From: Deltaproteobacteria bacterium
Lineage (GTDB): Bacteria > Myxococcota_A > Polyangia > Fen-1088
Direction: 5' to 3'
NCBI GenBank assembly: GCA_033763315.1
Contig: JANRKS010000019.1
Location: 32,001 to 96,000 of the forward strand
DNA: 64,000 bases
Both the position numbers and the translations under genes were made by a program. Every line of letters begins with the position of its first letter. Position 1 is the stretch's first letter. The notes beneath the pieces are model-generated. The model was given only the letters and a program-made list of their open reading frames with translations. It was not told the origin of the DNA and ran no database searches. Of this stretch, positions 32,501 through 41,307 are shown one piece after another.

Positions 32501-33425
32501 AGTCTTTGCCCAGCGAGCGCGACGACGACATCAGCACGGCCACCACGCGTTGTTCATCCATCGACAACGAATCCGTGAAGGCCGGCATCTCGCCCGTGCG
32601 GGTCGTGGCCAGGTTGGCGAACATGTGCATCAACGTCTCCGCTTCTTGCGGGCGTTGCGACGGCAGCTTGGCCATCATGCGGCCAAGCAATTCCTCAAGC
32701 TTTGCAGGCACAGAAGGGCACAGGGATCGCAGCGGCTCTGGTTCGTCGATACACACCTTCGCCAGCACAGCCATGGACGTGGCTCCTCCAAAGGGCGGCG
32801 CACCGGTGATGGCCTCATAAAGCACCGACCCTAAGGAAAAGAAATCTGAGCGGCCATCAATGTCAGCCAGACCGCGCGCTTGCTCAGGCGACATATAAAG
32901 CGGCGTGCCAACCGCCAACTGGCTGCGATCCGTGGCGCCGGCAAGCACACGCGTAGCGATGCCGAAGTCCACCAATTTGATGTTCGTGATGAGGCCATCG
33001 CAAAGGAAGATGTTGGCGGGCTTCAAATCGCGGTGCACGATGCCGCGCCCGTGCGCCACGGCCAATGCGGAAAGGGCCTGCTCGGCCAGCACAATCGCCT
33101 CGTCGGCGGTGAGGCATTGTCTCAGCAGACGTGCCTGCAGATCTTCGCCCTGCAACCACTGCATCGCCAAGTAAGGCGAGCCCGATTCGGCGAGGCCGTG
33201 ATCCACATAACCCACGATGTGCGGGTGGCGCAGCTCGGCCAGGGTTTCGATCTCGCGTAGGAAAACCGAAGTTGCCGCAGGGTTAGGCGTCTTGAGCAGC
33301 TTCACCGCGACCAGCTCTTGCGTTAGCAAATCATGGGCGCGCCAAACGGCGCCCATGGCGCCTTGTCCGATGCATTCCTGCAGCCGGAAACGACCTCGTA
33401 AGGTGGTCCCTCCGGAATCTTCCAC
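29562..33425 (-). CDS. Hanks Ser/Thr kinase fused to STAND-like P-loop NTPase and TPR-like sensor
   Basis: GQGAMG, VAVK, HRDLKPAN, DFG, GTPLYMSPEQ. FVGR..EL, Walker A AEAGVGKS, Walker B LLLDDLHWAD, GNPFYIEE, helical C-terminus. GTG start. Confidence 0.9.
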   Translation of the reverse strand: MEDSGGTTLRGRFRLQECIGQGAMGAVWRAHDLLTQELVAVKLLKTPNPAATSVFLREIETLAELRHPHIVGYVDHGLAESGSPYLAMQWLQGEDLQARLLRQCLTADEAIVLAEQALSALAVAHGRGIVHRDLKPANIFLCDGLITNIKLVDFGIATRVLAGATDRSQLAVGTPLYMSPEQARGLADIDGRSDFFSLGSVLYEAITGAPPFGGATSMAVLAKVCIDEPEPLRSLCPSVPAKLEELLGRMMAKLPSQRPQEAETLMHMFANLATTRTGEMPAFTDSLSMDEQRVVAVLMSSSRSLGKDWSLARPDQTKDVGTTPVNDLPETLKASLAQLDAQINQLVDGTLLITCQGKGTASELATSATRCALALRRHNALASTSMSLGKAVVRQGLPLGKLLDDTSSRLASTAPGAVSLDDDMASLLERSFEVLYAGDKWLLVDDITPTPAPVNVHAKERLFVGRSDELQHLTQLFAEVRQANAPRAVVWQAEAGVGKSRLASAALTHLGAHAEFLVWRAQSDTLQAATPLGYVRQLVMNAMSIQEDTPRKALREIVSRFMESGGTLVDVAQSCVYLCELLGAVPNTDSEHLLRPARNDPRLMAEQMAFAVGDALKLATARAPVVLLLDDLHWADAASIKLLGSALSQASACLVIALARPELSERYPSLWEGLAPSRRTLEPLSAEDAARLITQLLPSGGSTPAEWIAERADGNPFYIEELARAVRRRGKSQVPDAVLGTVQARLGDLPAPARRILRAASIFGRQFVQPALFPLLGKEDCDDLDRWLKFLIEEEVLQSTGRATYRFWHELTREATYQSLTAGDRVLGHKLAGRWLQDEGSTPPSVLLEHFTRAGDVPRACALAEAAANQAYGAGDLEGTLGFVSRAYGLQPDNAQLARLSLLEARALRWMGRLQDSWPPAQKAISLFTPNSADWYTAIECGAAVLGDSANAQTLMDLSFTALDGETIDDVSVDARAMALAAISGGLMTSEFLQHAETLLQEAETVDGALLRHETKARLAIIRGATERRWGRLGQARAHHHRALEEARLAGDELLEVEARNTLISTIMLAGLFDETLELLQPSLVFARRIRSRLFEALAAANVGIVNMYRDEVAAARQAYSEAAAALQGLGATWLDLGLGLFRAQLALMENDVESASRYVQPFAEDPQVARPLRPYALALTARVRMREGNSLEALRLAEEGRRMIDDEGVPVEDGEAYLRLTLCQALLAVGNKERAYQVLTHAVQKLQRSAETMGDEVLATAFLNIPEHQAIFAQHAEMTAQSQGAG

Positions 33426-33456
33426 GAAGACACCATCGGCCTTCGCGGCACGTCGC

Positions 33457-34239
33457 TTAAGTAGCTGTGCTCAATCGGAAAATTCGTTCCGCGTTTGATT
33501 GTAACTTACGGGCCACATCCTGGACTGGCTGGCCCCGCAGCTGTGCGAGCGCCGCCACCACATCAGACACCGCCGCGGGTTCATTGCGTTGACCCCGCAG
33601 CCGTGAGGGCGATTGATCGGGACCATCGGTTTCGGCGAGCAGTGCATGCTCGGGCACCACGGCGGCAGCCGCCAAAGGCCGCTTGGCGCGTGGCCAAGTG
33701 ACCGCGCCGGCGAACGACAACGCGAACCCCAGATCCACATACCGAGCCACGAGCGGGGGGCTGCCGCTGAAGCTGTGAATAACGCCGCCCACTTCATGCG
33801 CGCGCTCTTCCTTGAGGGCTCGCAGCACCGGTTCATGCGTTCGGAAGGCGTGAACGATGAGGGGCAGGCGCAAGTTCCGGGCGATGCGAATGTGGGCGCG
33901 GAACAGCCGATCCTGGGCTTCGATGTGGCCGGTGGGGCCGTCCAAGCCGCATTCGCCCACCGCCACCGCCTTGTGACGGACGAGCGCCGCCGATAGATCG
34001 TTGAGCGCATCCCATTCGCCCGGGGTTAAGTCCGGCACCACTTGGGGGTGAAACCCGAGCGCCAGGTGAAGGCGCACGGGCGAGGGGATCGCCATCTTCT
34101 CGATGAGCGCACCGAAGGTTGATGGGCGGATCGCCGGCACCAGCACGTCGGTTACCCCGGCCGCGGCGGCACGAGCCAGGACCGCCGCGCGATCGGCGTC
34201 GTAACTTTCGTCGTCCAGGTGGCAGTGGGTGTCGAACAC
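33457..34239 (-). CDS. tatD: TatD-family metallo-DNase
   Basis: DTHCH, GFHP, VGECGLD, IVH, IHSFSG, ETDGP. Confidence 0.92.
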   Translation of the reverse strand: MFDTHCHLDDESYDADRAAVLARAAAAGVTDVLVPAIRPSTFGALIEKMAIPSPVRLHLALGFHPQVVPDLTPGEWDALNDLSAALVRHKAVAVGECGLDGPTGHIEAQDRLFRAHIRIARNLRLPLIVHAFRTHEPVLRALKEERAHEVGGVIHSFSGSPPLVARYVDLGFALSFAGAVTWPRAKRPLAAAAVVPEHALLAETDGPDQSPSRLRGQRNEPAAVSDVVAALAQLRGQPVQDVARKLQSNAERIFRLSTAT

Positions 34240-34360
34240 GCGGGTAGCATAAGCCGAGTTTCCAGTGGCGGCGGGGTGGGTTATGACGCGACGTGACTCA
34301 ACAGCTTTTTATCGAAGGTGCACACCTTGGCGCCTGTTGTGATATACGCACGCTTCCACA

Positions 34361-35023
34361 ATGGCCGCGGCCGCGTTTTATGACTTGGACGGCACCTTGG
34401 TGCGCACAAACTTGGTGCACGCTTTCGCGCATACAGCGCGGAATCAACAAGGGCTTTTGCGCAGCGTGACGCGCAGCGCCTCACTGGCTTTGTCAGTGCC
34501 GTTCTTTATGGCTGCCGACTTTTATAGCCGGCGTTTTTTCAACGACTTGTTCTTTACACGTTACAAGGGCGAAGAAGAGGACCGCCTGCGGTACCTCTCA
34601 GAAGAGCTCTTCGAGAACGTGCTTAAGGATTCGATTTATCCGGGGGCGTATTCGCTCATCCAAAAATCGAAAAGCCTTGGCCTACGGCAAGTGCTGGTCA
34701 CCGGCGCCCTCAACTACACGGTGGGTCCGTTGCTCAAGCACCTCGGCTTCGACGATTGCGTGTGCAATCACCTCGAGTTCGTAGACGGCGTGGCCACGGG
34801 GCGCTTAAAGCCGCCAATTATGGCCGCGGCGTCCAAGGCCAGCTGGATGCGCATCTACGCCGAAAAAGAAGGGCTGAACCTTTCTGATTGTTACGCCTAC
34901 ACCGACAGCATGAGCGATCTGCCTATGCTTTCAGTCGTCGGCCACCCCGCAGCGGTCAACCCCGACTTTCGTCTGCGCGCCACAGCTTTGCAACATGATT
35001 GGCCGGTGCTGGATTTGCGCTAA
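34361..35023 (+). CDS. HAD-IB (SerB-like) phosphatase, first gene of the elb-like ether-lipid operon
   Basis: [39 protein letters not shown]. Confidence 0.88.
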   Translation: MAAAAFYDLDGTLVRTNLVHAFAHTARNQQGLLRSVTRSASLALSVPFFMAADFYSRRFFNDLFFTRYKGEEEDRLRYLSEELFENVLKDSIYPGAYSLIQKSKSLGLRQVLVTGALNYTVGPLLKHLGFDDCVCNHLEFVDGVATGRLKPPIMAAASKASWMRIYAEKEGLNLSDCYAYTDSMSDLPMLSVVGHPAAVNPDFRLRATALQHDWPVLDLR

Positions 35024-35094
35024 GTAGCGCAGCCCGCCGATTTTTTCCCGCCCTGCAACACCCACCGCCCGCCCCCTATCAGGACGAACCGCTG

Positions 35095-36714
35095 ATGAAA
35101 CAGCTGAAGACTTCCCGTGGTCCCGTGCCTCGTCACAAAGAGGACGACCAAGTCGTATACATCGACTCCAACTCGGCCCCCCGCATTGTTTGGGCGGGTG
35201 AAGACCTGTTGCTTGAGGACTTGCCGGTTGGCACGCGCGTGATTTATCCCAAGCCGCCCATCGAAGGCCTGGCCAACCCCGGCGCGGCGATTCGATACGC
35301 CATCAACCACCCGCTCGGTCAAGATCCGCTGTACGCCCAGTTGGCTCCTGGGATGAAGGTGACCATCGCGGTCGACGACATCAGCTTGCCGTTGCCGCCC
35401 ATGGTGACGCCTGACGTGCGGCAGACCGTGCTTGAGATCTTGCTTGAGCAGCTTGACGCCAACGGCGTTGATGACGTGCACATTATCGTGGCCACGTCGC
35501 TTCACCGCCGCATGACCGCCGCTGAAATGAAGCGGATGGTCGGCAAGAAGATTTTCGACGCGTTTTACCCTGATCGCTTCTACAACCACGATGCCGAAGA
35601 TCCCGACGGCATGGTCCACATGGGCAAGACGGAGCACAACGAGGTTGTGAACCTGTCCCGCCGTGCTGTGGAAAGCGATTTGGTGATCTACGTGAACATC
35701 AACTTGGTGCCGATGGATGGCGGCCACAAGTCGGTGACCGTGGGCCTGTGCGATTACGAAAGCTTGCGCGCCCACCACGAGCCGCACACGATTCGCCAGT
35801 CTGACAGCTACATGGATCCGAAAAAGTCAATGTTGGCCAAGAAGGTGGATCGCATGGGCGCGATCGTGGATGCCAACATGAAGGTGTTCCACATCGAAAC
35901 GGCGCTCAACAACCGGATGTTCGGCAGCCCCATGTCGTTCCTGACCAAGAACGAAGACGAGTTCACGGAAGTGGACCGCGTGAAGTTCGAGGGCACCCGC
36001 TGGGCGCTGTCGAAGATGCCACGCGCGGCGAAGCGGAAGCTATTTCATAGTGTGCCGGCACAATATCAATTGATTGCTTGCCACGCCGGCCAGACGGAAC
36101 TGGTTCACCAGAAGATCCTGGAGAAGAACTGGGAGCAATACAGCGTCAACGTGCGCGGGCAAGCCGACATCTTGATCTGTGGCGTGCCATTCATCTCGCC
36201 CTACAACATCAATTCAATCTTGAACCCACTTTTGGTTCAGGTGATGGGCTTGGGGTATTTCCACAATTTCTACCGCGGCAAACCGCTGTTGCGGCCGGGT
36301 GGGGCGCTGATCTTGTGCCACCCCGGGTACGACGAATTCGATCACGTCCAGCACCCAAGCTACATCGAGTTCTTCAATCGCTTGCTGCCCGAAACGCGTG
36401 ACGCCGAGAAGCTGCGCCACAAGTACGAAGAAGAGTTCGCAAAGAACCCGAGCTACATCGAGATGTACCGCCGGGGCAACGCGTACCACGGCGCGCACCC
36501 GTTCTTCATGTGGTACTGGGGCGAGAACGGCCGCCAGCACGTGGGCAAGGTGATTTTGGCCGGCGCTGAAAACGCGCACGTGCCCGCGATGATGGGCTGG
36601 GACCGCGCCGAATCGTTGACCGAAGCGATTTCGAACGCACGCAGTTTTATCGGGCCAGGCGCCTCGATCACGATGATGCACCACCCTCCGATCGTTATGA
36701 CCGACGTCGAATAA
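35095..36714 (+). CDS. LarA/DUF2088 (lactate racemase-superfamily) protein in the elb-like operon
   Basis: [34 protein letters not shown]. Start placed at ATG 35095. Confidence 0.75.
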   Translation: MKQLKTSRGPVPRHKEDDQVVYIDSNSAPRIVWAGEDLLLEDLPVGTRVIYPKPPIEGLANPGAAIRYAINHPLGQDPLYAQLAPGMKVTIAVDDISLPLPPMVTPDVRQTVLEILLEQLDANGVDDVHIIVATSLHRRMTAAEMKRMVGKKIFDAFYPDRFYNHDAEDPDGMVHMGKTEHNEVVNLSRRAVESDLVIYVNINLVPMDGGHKSVTVGLCDYESLRAHHEPHTIRQSDSYMDPKKSMLAKKVDRMGAIVDANMKVFHIETALNNRMFGSPMSFLTKNEDEFTEVDRVKFEGTRWALSKMPRAAKRKLFHSVPAQYQLIACHAGQTELVHQKILEKNWEQYSVNVRGQADILICGVPFISPYNINSILNPLLVQVMGLGYFHNFYRGKPLLRPGGALILCHPGYDEFDHVQHPSYIEFFNRLLPETRDAEKLRHKYEEEFAKNPSYIEMYRRGNAYHGAHPFFMWYWGENGRQHVGKVILAGAENAHVPAMMGWDRAESLTEAISNARSFIGPGASITMMHHPPIVMTDVE

Positions 36715-36723
36715 GGCGCTTTT

Positions 36724-39700
36724 ATGGCACGCTCCCCTTCAACTCCCGCCAAGCGGCCGTCCGAGGCCGCCGCATCATCCGATCGTAAATCCTCCGTTGC
36801 CAATCTGCCGGTGAAGGCCGATCTGCTTTCGGTCAGCGAGATCTACCGTGGCCGCAAGATGTTCATCATGGGCTCCACGGGTTTCGTGGGCAAGGTGGCC
36901 TTGGGCATGCTGTTGGATCGTTTCCCCGACATCGGCCGCGTTTACGTGATGGTGCGCCGGGGCTCCGGCACCGACAGCGAAACGCGCTTTTGGAACAGCG
37001 TGGTGCCATCGCCCGTGTTCAACCCATTGCGGGAAAAGTTTGGCGGCGCTGAGGGACTCGCGAAGTTTCTGAAGGAAAAAGTGCGCGTTGTGGACGGTGA
37101 CATCACCGAGCCCAACCTCGGCATGACCGATGAACAGGCCGCCGCGGTGGCCGCCGACATCGACGTGGTGCTGAACTCATCGGGGCGTGTGACGTTCAAC
37201 CCGCCCGTTGAATCCGCCTTGCGCACAAACGTGCAAGGCACACGCAACGTGATTGCGTTCGTCAAGCGCATGAAGCGGCCCGCGCTGGTGCACGTGTCCA
37301 CCTGTTTCGTGGCGGGCAACCGTTCCGGTGAAGTGTGGGAAAGCGAAGAGCTGGACGGCTACTTTCCCAACCACAAGAAGATGCCGGGCACCAAGTTCTC
37401 GGTGGAGCAAGAGATCGTCGACAACGAGCGCATCGCTGAAGAAGTGCGCGCGCAGGCCAACGACGCGCAGATCTTGGCGCGCTTGCGCAAACAAGCCCGC
37501 GAACGTTTGTTGGATCAGGGACGCGATCCTGATGACGAAGGCACGCTGCGCTTGGCCGTCGCGCGCGAGCGCAAAGACTGGATTCGCAACGAGCTGACCC
37601 GCCGGGGCATGGAGCGCGCCGCCGAATGGGGCTGGCCCAACATCTATACGTACACCAAGAGCATGGGCGACCAGCTGGTGGCACGCGAGACCGACATCGT
37701 GCGATCCATTGTGCGTCCGGCGATCGTTGAAAGCTCGGAATCTTATCCATTTCCGGGCTGGAACGAAGGCTTCACCACTTCGGCACCGCTGGTTTATTTG
37801 GCGCTCAAGGGCAACCACATGGTGCCCACGTCCAGCAAGCTCGTGTTGGATATGGTGCCCGTGGATCACATCTGCGCGGGCATGTTGATGGTGGCGGCGC
37901 AGGCGTGCGTGGAACAGCCGGCGCTTGTGCATCAATTGGCCGCGGGCGACGTGAACGCTTGCAACATCAACCGCGTGGGCACACTAACCGGTCTTTACAA
38001 GCGGCAACGCCTGCAAGACAAAGAGATCGGCAACAAGTTCGTCAATGAACTGTTGGCCCGCATGGAAATGCGCGGCGTACCTTATGAAGAATACAAACGC
38101 TGGTCGTTTCCCACGGCCCGCAAGATTGTGGGCAAGGTTTCAACCGCGCTCGACAAGATGCGGCCCGAATGGGGCGGCGAGCGGTTCGGCGCGCTCATCG
38201 ACCGCATGAAAAAGGGCGTGGACGAGGTGATGCGTGTGACCGGCGAAGCCGAGAGCAACATCGATCTGTTCTTGCCGTTTACGCGCGACAACGAATACAT
38301 CTTCCGGTGCGACAACGTGCGCGCCATTCGTGAGCGCATGCCCGAAGCCGATCGCAAGCTGCTCAACTGGAACCCCGAGTCGCTCGATTGGTACGATTAC
38401 TTCATCAACATTCACTTCCCAGGCTTGGCGAAGTGGGTGTTGCCGGAGCTCGACGCGACGTTCGCGCCGAAGCCCAAATCGATCTACGCCTTCACCAACC
38501 TGCTGGAGCTCTTCGATACGTCGACGAAGCTCAACAGCACGCGCACGGCGATGCGCATGGATCGGGGCGATCGCGAAGAGGTTTACTCCTACGAAAACCT
38601 GCAGGAGTTGGCCGGCCGGGCGGGTGCGTTCCTGGTAGGCAACGAAGTCAAGCAGGGCGATCGCGTGATGTTGTTCGCGAAGAACGCACCCGATTGGAGC
38701 ATGGCGTACTTCGGCATCTTGAAGGCCGGCGGCACAGTGGTGCCCGTGGGCCATGAGTCGACCGTTGACGAGTTGGTGAACATCGCGCGCGCCTCAGGCG
38801 CCGTGGGCCTCATTGGCGGCGACGATTTGCTCGAAAAGCGCTCGAAATTAGGCGCGGCGCTGAAGACCGCTGAATTGCCCACACGGCTGTGGAGCATGAC
38901 GGAAGTGTTTGCGCTTACGCCGCTGGACGTTGAGGACGCGCGCAAGGCGCAGTTCCCGAAGTTATCCAACGCGGACGCTGTGGCGTCGCTGATCTTCACG
39001 TCGGGCACCACGGGCAAGCCCAAGGGGGTCATGCTCACCCACCGCAATTTGACCTTCATGGTCTCGGAATTGCTGAAGGTGTTCGAGTTCGGCGTGCACG
39101 ACGGCATGCTGTCGGTGCTGCCGTTGCACCACACATTCGAGTTCACCACGGGCCTGCTTGTGCCGCTTTCGAAGGGCGCGCAGATCAGTTACCTGAACGA
39201 GCTCACGGGCGATGCCATTTCGCGCGTGATGAAGCGCGGGCACGTGACGGCCATCGTCGGCGTGCCGGCGTTGTGGGAGCTTTTGCGGCGGCGCGTGCTG
39301 TCGCGCTTCTCCGATAAGTCGCCTGTGTTGGGCAAGGTGGTGGAAGCGCTTGTCAAAACCAACTTCGAGCTGCGTTCGCGCGTGGGCTTGAACTTGGGCG
39401 TGATGATGTTCTTCCCGGTGCACGAAGGCTTTGGTGGCCGCATCCGCTACCTCATCAGCGGCGGCTCGGCGTTGCCAGCGGATGTGCTTAAAGGCTTCTA
39501 TGGTTTGGGCTTCGACTTCTTCGAGGGCTATGGCCTGACAGAAACGGCGCCTGTTCTCACGGTCACCACGCCCAAAGGCAAACCCATCGCAGGTTCAGTG
39601 GGCAAACCGCTGGCCGGCGTGGAAGTAAAAATTGCGGATCCGGACGCGGGCGGGGTGGGCGAGGTCATCGCGCGCGGCCGCAACGTCATGGCGGGTTATT

Positions 39701-41307
39701 GGCAAGACGAACAAGCCACGGCCGAGGCCATTCAAAATGGTTGGTTCCACACGGGCGATCTCGGTCGCTTCGATGACGACGGCAACCTGTTCTTGGTGGG
39801 CCGATCCAAAGACATCATCGTCGACTCGAACGGCAAGAACGTTTACCCCGATGAGATCGAAGAGCTTTACCGCGACTTCCCTCTGATCAAGGAAATGTCA
39901 GTCGTTGGCGTTCCCGATGGCGGTGGTGAACACGTGGCCTGTGCCGTGGTTCCTGACTTCGACAAAGAGCCGCTGTTGACACCCGCAGAGGTGCGTTCAC
40001 AGATTCAAGAACACTTCCGCGTGGTGTCGCAGACGCTGCCGTTTTGGAAGCGTGTGAAGCTGCTTGAGTTTTGGGATGGCGATCTACCTCGCACCGCCAA
40101 GCGAAGCATCAAGCGCCGCGAGGTGATGGCCGAGTTGAAACGGCGCCACGAAGCTGCGTCGCAAACGGGCGAGGTGTCGAAGGGGAAAGCCGACAAATCG
40201 GGGGCCGAGTGGTTCATGGATGTGGTGGCACGCGTGGCTGGCAAATCGCGCAACGACATCAGCCTGGGCACGCGGGTGGATATGCTGGCGTTTGATAGCT
40301 TGATGTATTCCGAACTTGCATCGGCGCTTGAAGATGAAGGTGTGCACTTGCCGCCCGACACGGATTTCACGGGCGCACCGGATGTGGCAGGCTTGTTCCG
40401 CATCGTCAGCGATAGCCGTTTGTCGTCGGCTTCACCCAAGCGCAAGGCCGCGGCCAAGCGCAAGCTGTCCGTGTTGGCCAAAGAGGGTGAGATCCCCGTG
40501 CCGTCTCCGGTGGCTGATCTGGGGAAAAAAGCCCTGGGTTTGGGGCAAAAGCTGTTCTACGAACGCGCCCTCGATCCAACCATCGCGGGCGAGGCACATA
40601 TCCCGCTGAACGAAACGTTCATCGTAGCGGCGAATCACCAATCCCACCTCGACATGGGCCTCATCAAAGTGGCCTTAGGCGATGCGGGGCAGAACCTGGC
40701 GTCCTTGGCGGCGGCCGACTACTTTTTTTCGGACAAGTGGCGGCGCGCGTATTTCGAGAACTTCACCAACTTGGTCCCGATGGAGCGCGCGGGTTCTGTG
40801 CGTCAGTCGCTGGAACGCGCCGAAGAAGTTCTGCGGCGCGGGCGCAGCATGGTGATCTTCCCGGAAGGCACCCGGTCTACAACGGGCGCGATGCGCGATT
40901 TCTTGCCGAGCCTCGGCTACTTGGCGGCGCGGGCGCGCGTCGGGATCTTGCCTGCGTATGTGGATGGCACATTCGATGCGTTGCCCAAGGGCAAAACGAT
41001 TCCGCGTAAGCGCAAGGTGGCCGTGACGTTCGGGCCGTTCTTGACCGTCGATTTCATTGACGCCGTTTGCGAAGGCCTTTCGCAACAGGATGGCTGGAAG
41101 CTCACGGCCAGCTTGGTGCAAAGGATCGTGGAAGGCATCCGCGACAAACACGCGCTGCGGTTTGACGTGGCAACGGTCAAGGCGGCCTGGGATGGCCAGC
41201 GCTTGGGAGCCATCGCGGCGCCCTCGAAGAAGAAGGCCTTGGAAGCGGCGATGGCCGCGGGCCATCACCCTCACAAACACAAGAAGCACACGTCGGCGGA
41301 AAAATGA
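36724..41307 (+). CDS. elbD: ElbD-type multifunctional ether-lipid synthase (acyl-CoA reductase, adenylation, ACP and acyltransferase domains)
   Basis: FAR: GSTGFVGK, HVSTCFV, YTYTK. A domain: FTSGTTGKPKG, GYGLTE, TGDLG. ACP: FDSL. PlsC: NHQSHLD, FPEGTRS. Same domain order as Myxococcus xanthus ElbD. Confidence 0.88.
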   Translation: MARSPSTPAKRPSEAAASSDRKSSVANLPVKADLLSVSEIYRGRKMFIMGSTGFVGKVALGMLLDRFPDIGRVYVMVRRGSGTDSETRFWNSVVPSPVFNPLREKFGGAEGLAKFLKEKVRVVDGDITEPNLGMTDEQAAAVAADIDVVLNSSGRVTFNPPVESALRTNVQGTRNVIAFVKRMKRPALVHVSTCFVAGNRSGEVWESEELDGYFPNHKKMPGTKFSVEQEIVDNERIAEEVRAQANDAQILARLRKQARERLLDQGRDPDDEGTLRLAVARERKDWIRNELTRRGMERAAEWGWPNIYTYTKSMGDQLVARETDIVRSIVRPAIVESSESYPFPGWNEGFTTSAPLVYLALKGNHMVPTSSKLVLDMVPVDHICAGMLMVAAQACVEQPALVHQLAAGDVNACNINRVGTLTGLYKRQRLQDKEIGNKFVNELLARMEMRGVPYEEYKRWSFPTARKIVGKVSTALDKMRPEWGGERFGALIDRMKKGVDEVMRVTGEAESNIDLFLPFTRDNEYIFRCDNVRAIRERMPEADRKLLNWNPESLDWYDYFINIHFPGLAKWVLPELDATFAPKPKSIYAFTNLLELFDTSTKLNSTRTAMRMDRGDREEVYSYENLQELAGRAGAFLVGNEVKQGDRVMLFAKNAPDWSMAYFGILKAGGTVVPVGHESTVDELVNIARASGAVGLIGGDDLLEKRSKLGAALKTAELPTRLWSMTEVFALTPLDVEDARKAQFPKLSNADAVASLIFTSGTTGKPKGVMLTHRNLTFMVSELLKVFEFGVHDGMLSVLPLHHTFEFTTGLLVPLSKGAQISYLNELTGDAISRVMKRGHVTAIVGVPALWELLRRRVLSRFSDKSPVLGKVVEALVKTNFELRSRVGLNLGVMMFFPVHEGFGGRIRYLISGGSALPADVLKGFYGLGFDFFEGYGLTETAPVLTVTTPKGKPIAGSVGKPLAGVEVKIADPDAGGVGEVIARGRNVMAGYWQDEQATAEAIQNGWFHTGDLGRFDDDGNLFLVGRSKDIIVDSNGKNVYPDEIEELYRDFPLIKEMSVVGVPDGGGEHVACAVVPDFDKEPLLTPAEVRSQIQEHFRVVSQTLPFWKRVKLLEFWDGDLPRTAKRSIKRREVMAELKRRHEAASQTGEVSKGKADKSGAEWFMDVVARVAGKSRNDISLGTRVDMLAFDSLMYSELASALEDEGVHLPPDTDFTGAPDVAGLFRIVSDSRLSSASPKRKAAAKRKLSVLAKEGEIPVPSPVADLGKKALGLGQKLFYERALDPTIAGEAHIPLNETFIVAANHQSHLDMGLIKVALGDAGQNLASLAAADYFFSDKWRRAYFENFTNLVPMERAGSVRQSLERAEEVLRRGRSMVIFPEGTRSTTGAMRDFLPSLGYLAARARVGILPAYVDGTFDALPKGKTIPRKRKVAVTFGPFLTVDFIDAVCEGLSQQDGWKLTASLVQRIVEGIRDKHALRFDVATVKAAWDGQRLGAIAAPSKKKALEAAMAAGHHPHKHKKHTSAEK

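Noticed and set aside
29562-34239. tatD plus STAND kinase as a Qat-like anti-phage system
   Set aside because: No QueC-like or other defence partners are present, TatD looks like the housekeeping type, and the context is core genome.
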